Below are positions 59,596 to 64,000 of a DNA stretch of 64,000 bases, piece after piece. A model generated the notes under the pieces. The model made no database searches and was not told the DNA's origin. It worked only from the letters and a program-made list of their open reading frames with translations. The translations under genes were made by a program, and so were the position numbers. The stretch covers positions 1 to 64,000 of the forward strand of contig JAYWIR010000074.1 of assembly GCA_036172245.1 (NCBI GenBank), given 5' to 3'. How positions within the stretch are numbered: position 1 is the first letter of the stretch; each line of letters opens with the position of its first letter. Source of the stretch: Raillietiella orientalis. Lineage: Eukaryota.

Positions 59596-61324
59596 ATCTC
59601 CTGCGCTTGTTCTGCAGAGATCACATGGATCTCCTGCAGCAGCACAAGGTCGAACGATCCTAGAATGGCGGCCATGTCTCGTCTCCTGCCGGCGCCTGTC
59701 GTGCCGTTCACGTTTCAATCGGCGATGCGCAGACGACGGCGGAAGGAGATTCCCGGCATTACTGCTGGAAAGATGACGGTGTGGGGGAACCCGCCTCTTC
59801 CGAGGCGGGTGAGATAACCATTAGGGTTTCAGCCTCCTAAGGCACCTTGGGTACCTTTCCGGCTTCAACCCCCTCCATCTCCTCATGTTCTGTGCGTGGT
59901 GGTCTCTCAGGTGACGATTCCCGGGATTCTCCCACGCTCATGGCACCCTCGCAGTCTGAAGTCATCTCCACGCCTTCGACCTCGAGAGGGGCTTTTCGGG
60001 GTTTGCTGGACTTCCTTCCAGCCTTCCGGCGGGTTGCCGCGGAGATGGAAACTTGGTTTCCGGCCTGCGCTTCGGGTTCGGAAGTTACCGACTCCTCGGT
60101 GGAAACCGGACGCCTCACTGCCTTTTTGCCAGCCTTGGAGGAGTCTGGCTGCAACGATGCAGCCAGCTCCTCCGCCGCACGCTCGAAGGCGGCGTCATCG
60201 ATCACGGTCTCGATGACGGACGCTTCCGCCGGTTCGCTCCCCACGCTGTTGATGTTTTCAACAGTGGGTTGCTCGTCGGTAGCAGCGATTTCTACCTTGC
60301 GGCGTTTGGCGGGGACGCGTCCTGCGACGACGCTGCATTCTTTTAAATTCCCGCTAACCTGCTGTTTTTTATTTTGGTAGGCGAGCTTTTTTTCGATTCG
60401 TCGTTCTTTCTTCGACTTTTTTTGCTTTTACGCTGTGACTTCTTGCCATTCCAACACCTGACCGCTTTTGTCAATTATTTCGGCATTCGTTGCCGGGGTG
60501 TCGGCTGAGGCCTGGACCACGGGAATGGGTGGCACAGCTTGAGCGGCAGCGTTGGCCGCCAGTTTTTTCTGAAGCAGCCGCGCGCGTTTTTTTAGGTTCC
60601 TCGCGGAAACCACGCGCACAGCGGATTGTGGACACACTTCCTTCGTGTGGCCCATTGTCCCGCATACCAGGCACTGTACGTTGGGGCACCTCCTTTCGAG
60701 GTGTCCCGACGTGTTGCAGAAGCCACAGTATTTGGGCTTCCCCACGTACAAGAGGTCGACGCTTTCTCCGCCGACCACCAGTTTGTGGGGAAGGGTAGAG
60801 CCCTCCCGAACGGTTACATGGGCAGCCGTGAGGCCGCACTGAACAGTGGTATAGTCCTCGAAAGGACTAGGCTTGGTCCATACTGCATGGACCATGCCTT
60901 CTTTTCCCAACGCGGCGCGTAACTGTTCTTTCCGCATCCGCGCGGTAACTCCTAAAAGGTGGACCACCATACTGTGATCCGCCGTAACGGGAAGGAGCCT
61001 GCGTGTCCCCATTACCACGGGGGATTTAAGCAGACGTTGGGCCAGATCTACATGTTTGCAGATCACCTCTACGTACTGCCCCCCGCTACGAATGGTCATA
61101 GCGCAGAGCTTTTCTTCTTAAACATCGAGAGCGCGCATCCCCTTCGAAAAGGCGCGCGCACTCTCAGCAGAATAGAAATTTCTTACCTTGTAGAATAGTG
61201 ATGAGTTATACCCCTCTTCCACATAGGCTGATAATTCCGCCGCGGCTGCAGGCGATGGCGCCGACACGACGGCGCTCCACGCCCGCGCTGCAGCGGGGAC
61301 CGGTTTTGTGGGGGCGGACGCCCC

Positions 61325-61455
61325 CACCTTCTTCGCCACTGAAGGCGACGTTGCCGCCGCCCCCTGGCACTCCACCTTCTCTAGAGGCGACGTTGCCTCC
61401 GCCACCTGGCACTCCATTTCTTCAGGAGGCGACGTTGCCACCGCCTCCTGACACG
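61325..61455 (-). repeat. About 3 copies of a 42-bp in-frame repeat in the E2 ORF1 N-terminus
   Basis: aggcgacgttgcc recurs at 61343, 61385 and 61427, encoding ATSPxExxECQxAx units. Confidence 0.85.
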
Positions 61456-63719
61456 TACTGGTGGTCGCGTCAGGCATTGCTGCCTGATCGACCACCACCA
61501 CACACGAAGCCTACACCTAGGGACGGTTCCCAAAACGAGGAGCACCGAGGAAACACGTCTGCTCTAGCCGACGTAAAGCTTTCGACTGCGTCGTCCAGGA
61601 GCTCCTTCTGAAGCTCCTGGAACGCTTGGGATTTCCGGCCGTCTTTCTGGCCTACCTGCGCTCCTGCTGGCGCTTCGCGTTCATCAATATCAATTTCAGC
61701 GGCCGGCACGTGTTCAGTGTGCCTATTCGTCGTGGCATCCGGCAGTGTGACAGCCTCAGCCCCCTGCTCTTCAGCATCTACTTTGAGTTGGTGCTGAGAG
61801 CATACAGGGAGACTTTGGCAACCCTGCCGAGCTCGTGTTTCGGCACGCCTGCCGTGTCGGCCTATGCCGACGATCTTCTGCTCCTGTTTCCCGATTCCAC
61901 CCCGGCATCGGCGCTCGAGGATTTCTTCGAGTTGCTATACCGTGGGACAGGCCTCCAGGTAAACAGGACGAAATCGTCGCTCTTTTCACCGACTCGAAGA
62001 GGGCCGGACGGTCGGACTGGATTCGCTTGGGGATCCCCACGGGCAGGTACATCGAGTACCTTGGCGTTCCGTTGGGGGACTTCTGCTCTGCAGAAGCCTG
62101 GTCCGGCCGTCTACAAAAGGTGGAGCTGGCGATCGGCCCGTTCCGGGACGGCAAGTTCCACTTGTAGGAACGGGCCACGGTATGGAACGCTTTCGCGGCA
62201 CCCCTCCTTCGCCCCCTACTTTTTGTGTGCCCTACCCCGTACCAAGTCAGGACACGGACTAGGGGCCTTATACGGAAAGCCCTCTGGGGCAACCGGCGGC
62301 CCCGCGTCCGGCTCAAAGACTTGTGCGCTCCACGCAGGGACGGTGGACTTGGTCTCCTGACGTTGGAGCGCATGGAGCGACAGCTCCAATTCAGAAAACT
62401 TGCCCTTGTGGCAAAGTTTTAGACAGCACCCTGGTGTGCACCAGCAAGACTCCTTGCTCACAGGGCAACCGGCTGCTTCGAATTGACTTCAATCCTGGTA
62501 GCCAAGGAACGCAGCCTGAACCATTGTGGTTATCAGCTGCGGGATTTGGTTGCTCTGATGAGAGACCACCCTTGGATCTCCTGCATCCCAGCGGACTGGA
62601 CTACCTGGCTTCAGGAGTCCGTATCCGCATGGGCGAAGATCAATGGCACCAGCGATGAGGACTTCTCCTGCCTCTGCAGAGGGAGGCACGCTGGTCAGCT
62701 ACTCCAGGAGATCGTTTCCAGCCCACGGAAACTTCTGTGGGCTTCCTTCACCCCCCTTGCCCCAGTGCTGCCCTCCCTCAGTTAAGTTCGGGACAGCAAC
62801 CAACAGGCATCGTATGAAGTGTCCTGTCTCATCGGAGGCAGGAAGAAATCACTGAAGGCGTGGACGCCGAGGGAACTAGCGGACGCTAGTACCCCGAGTG
62901 TCCCGCCGAACGGACTTTTACGCTGGGGCGCGCTACTCGGTATACCTCCGGAGGAGGTGAAGTGGCCCCCAGCGTCATGGGACAACGGCACCCTTCCCCT
63001 GCAGTGGCAGGAGACGACGTTGCTTCTGCCCCACTGGGGACCTTTAAGCAGAGCACGCCTGTCTCGCTGGACATCGGGGAATGTGGATGCTAGTTGTGCA
63101 GAGTGCGGGGAAAGCGAGACCTTCCCCCACTTGATTCTGGAGTGTGTTGCCCTCCACGAAATGTGGGACAGACTCTCGACGATCCTCAACATTCCGGAGG
63201 GTGACCCAAAAAATTTATTCAGACGCCTCCTGACGCGAGACGGCTTGTTAGCCTCCGGGAGCATAGCAGCACTCTGCTGCATACGCGGTATCCTGGAGAA
63301 GTGGACCGCGTCTAGGAGAGGAAGGACTAGCCGGAATGCCATCCACTGGGCAGCGATCTCCTTGGAGAAAGCGTGCCGTTGACGCCGACTTCAAAAACAT
63401 TTACCGACACTTGTTCGCATCCGAAACCGGATGCAAAGGCCTGCTCACGGCGCACCGTGATCCCCTCCCTCCCTCCTTCTCCCCAAAAACATTGCCCTTC
63501 AGACGTTTTTTTTTTTTTGTTTTGTTTTCTGTTTATTTTCCTTGTCTTGGCGCCAGTGAAGGACTTTATCGGCCTTTGGGTCGATAAACACAAGTGCTAC
63601 TGAACTTCAATGAACGTATGACGTCCAAAAAAGAAAAATTTTAACAACATAGACTTTATTACAAAATTTTGTAATGTCAAAATTTAAGTAATAAAAGCTC
63701 CGTCTAACCCGGGTGAAAA

Positions 63720-63905
63720 ACCTGTGCAGGGGCTGAGCACTCATGGCCTTAAGCGTTTAGTAAGCTCGCAAAGCTGGATTGCCAGACCTGTCTCTCAGCC
63801 CCAGCTTTATATTCCGCCAGGTTGCGGACGTCGGGATTCCTGGAGTGAGTACGGGCGTGTAGGAACGCACCGACATTCCTGATTCCTAATCCGAAACCTG
63901 AAGCC
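63720..63905 (-). pseudogene. ORF2 linker fragment of another sibling element
   Basis: The minus strand reads SGFGLGIRNVGAFLHARTHSRNPDVRNLAEYKAGAERQVWQS..HECSAPAQV. Confidence 0.8.
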
Positions 63906-63910
63906 TTTGC

Positions 63911-64000
63911 CGAAAGTCGGTGTGGGTAGACGTGTTTTTTATTCCCTCCGCCAGCGCTTGTCTAGGAAGCAACCGGAGTTTTTAGTGTAGTCAGGTGTAA
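63911..64000 (+). mobile_element. Probable 5' end of a further element
   Basis: GACGTGTTTTTT at ~63929, directly after an antisense xSGFG site. Only 90 bp are visible. Confidence 0.5.

Larger units (their letters stand above)
50540..61573 (-). mobile_element. Family E copy E2, full-length (50540-54228 and 59596-61573), carrying nested A4
   Basis: 5' end cgtcggctagagcagacgtgtttc. Broken ORF1 61477-59759; EN ~53518-54228; RT 51503-53330. The 3' end is AATAAA-like plus actcggagaaatccgggtgaaaa. Flanked by taaagYtttcga. Confidence 0.92.
50528..61585. repeat. 12-14-bp target-site duplication (CG)TAAAG(T/C)TTTCGA (50528-50539 / 61574-61585)
   Basis: Direct repeat with one mismatch encoding K(A/V)FD, 11 kb apart. 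Confidence 0.9.
49870..63719 (+). mobile_element. Family F copy F4: ORF2 from APAQV (49870-50539) and from KAFD to 3' end (61574-63719), split by E2
   Basis: The RT reads AVAVDLRKVFD at ~50539 and resumes KAFDCVVQELL at 61574. YADD at ~61863; CAECGESETFPHLILEC; ends AATAAAagctccgtctaacccgggtgaaaa. Confidence 0.87.

Noticed and set aside
1..64000. CRISPR array, retron, group II intron, rRNA/tRNA or host genes
   Set aside because: No regularly spaced repeat-spacer units or recognisable RNA genes were seen, and all coding signal is explained by non-LTR ORF1/ORF2.

Overview
This eukaryotic-looking window is almost entirely nested non-LTR retrotransposons of L1/Tx1-type architecture, with no recognisable host gene. 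Each element has an ORF1 with two CX2CX4HX4C knuckles and a disordered tail. ORF2 carries an APE endonuclease (WNVNGL / LLQEIH / NVYAP / GDFN / SDH), an RT (KAFD / GIRQGDSLSPLLF / YADD / YLG) and a C-terminal CCHC. About 22 element segments fall into six sibling families (my labels A-F), plus one divergent LINE fragment (G). Reading the junctions shows that the nesting is not random. Each family repeatedly sits at its own short site inside the ORF2 coding sequence of sibling elements: A at AQEI, B at GDFN, C at TLRNLQDW, D at PxGFG, E at KAFD and F at SAPAQV. All are antisense except B. Target duplications are visible for C and E (12-17 bp) and for one A copy (about 50 bp), and A and B form head-to-tail tandems separated only by the target sequence. 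The families share a 5' CG..GACGTGTTTT motif, a TAATG/TGATG ORF1-ORF2 overlap, and a 3' AATAAA plus hairpin with no poly(A) tail. Also present are a 376-bp bipartite non-autonomous element, a ~4.3-kb inverted duplicate of a composite element, and frequent tandem CC>TT / GG>AA substitutions. Family labels, clade assignment and boundaries are by eye and may be off by a few bases.
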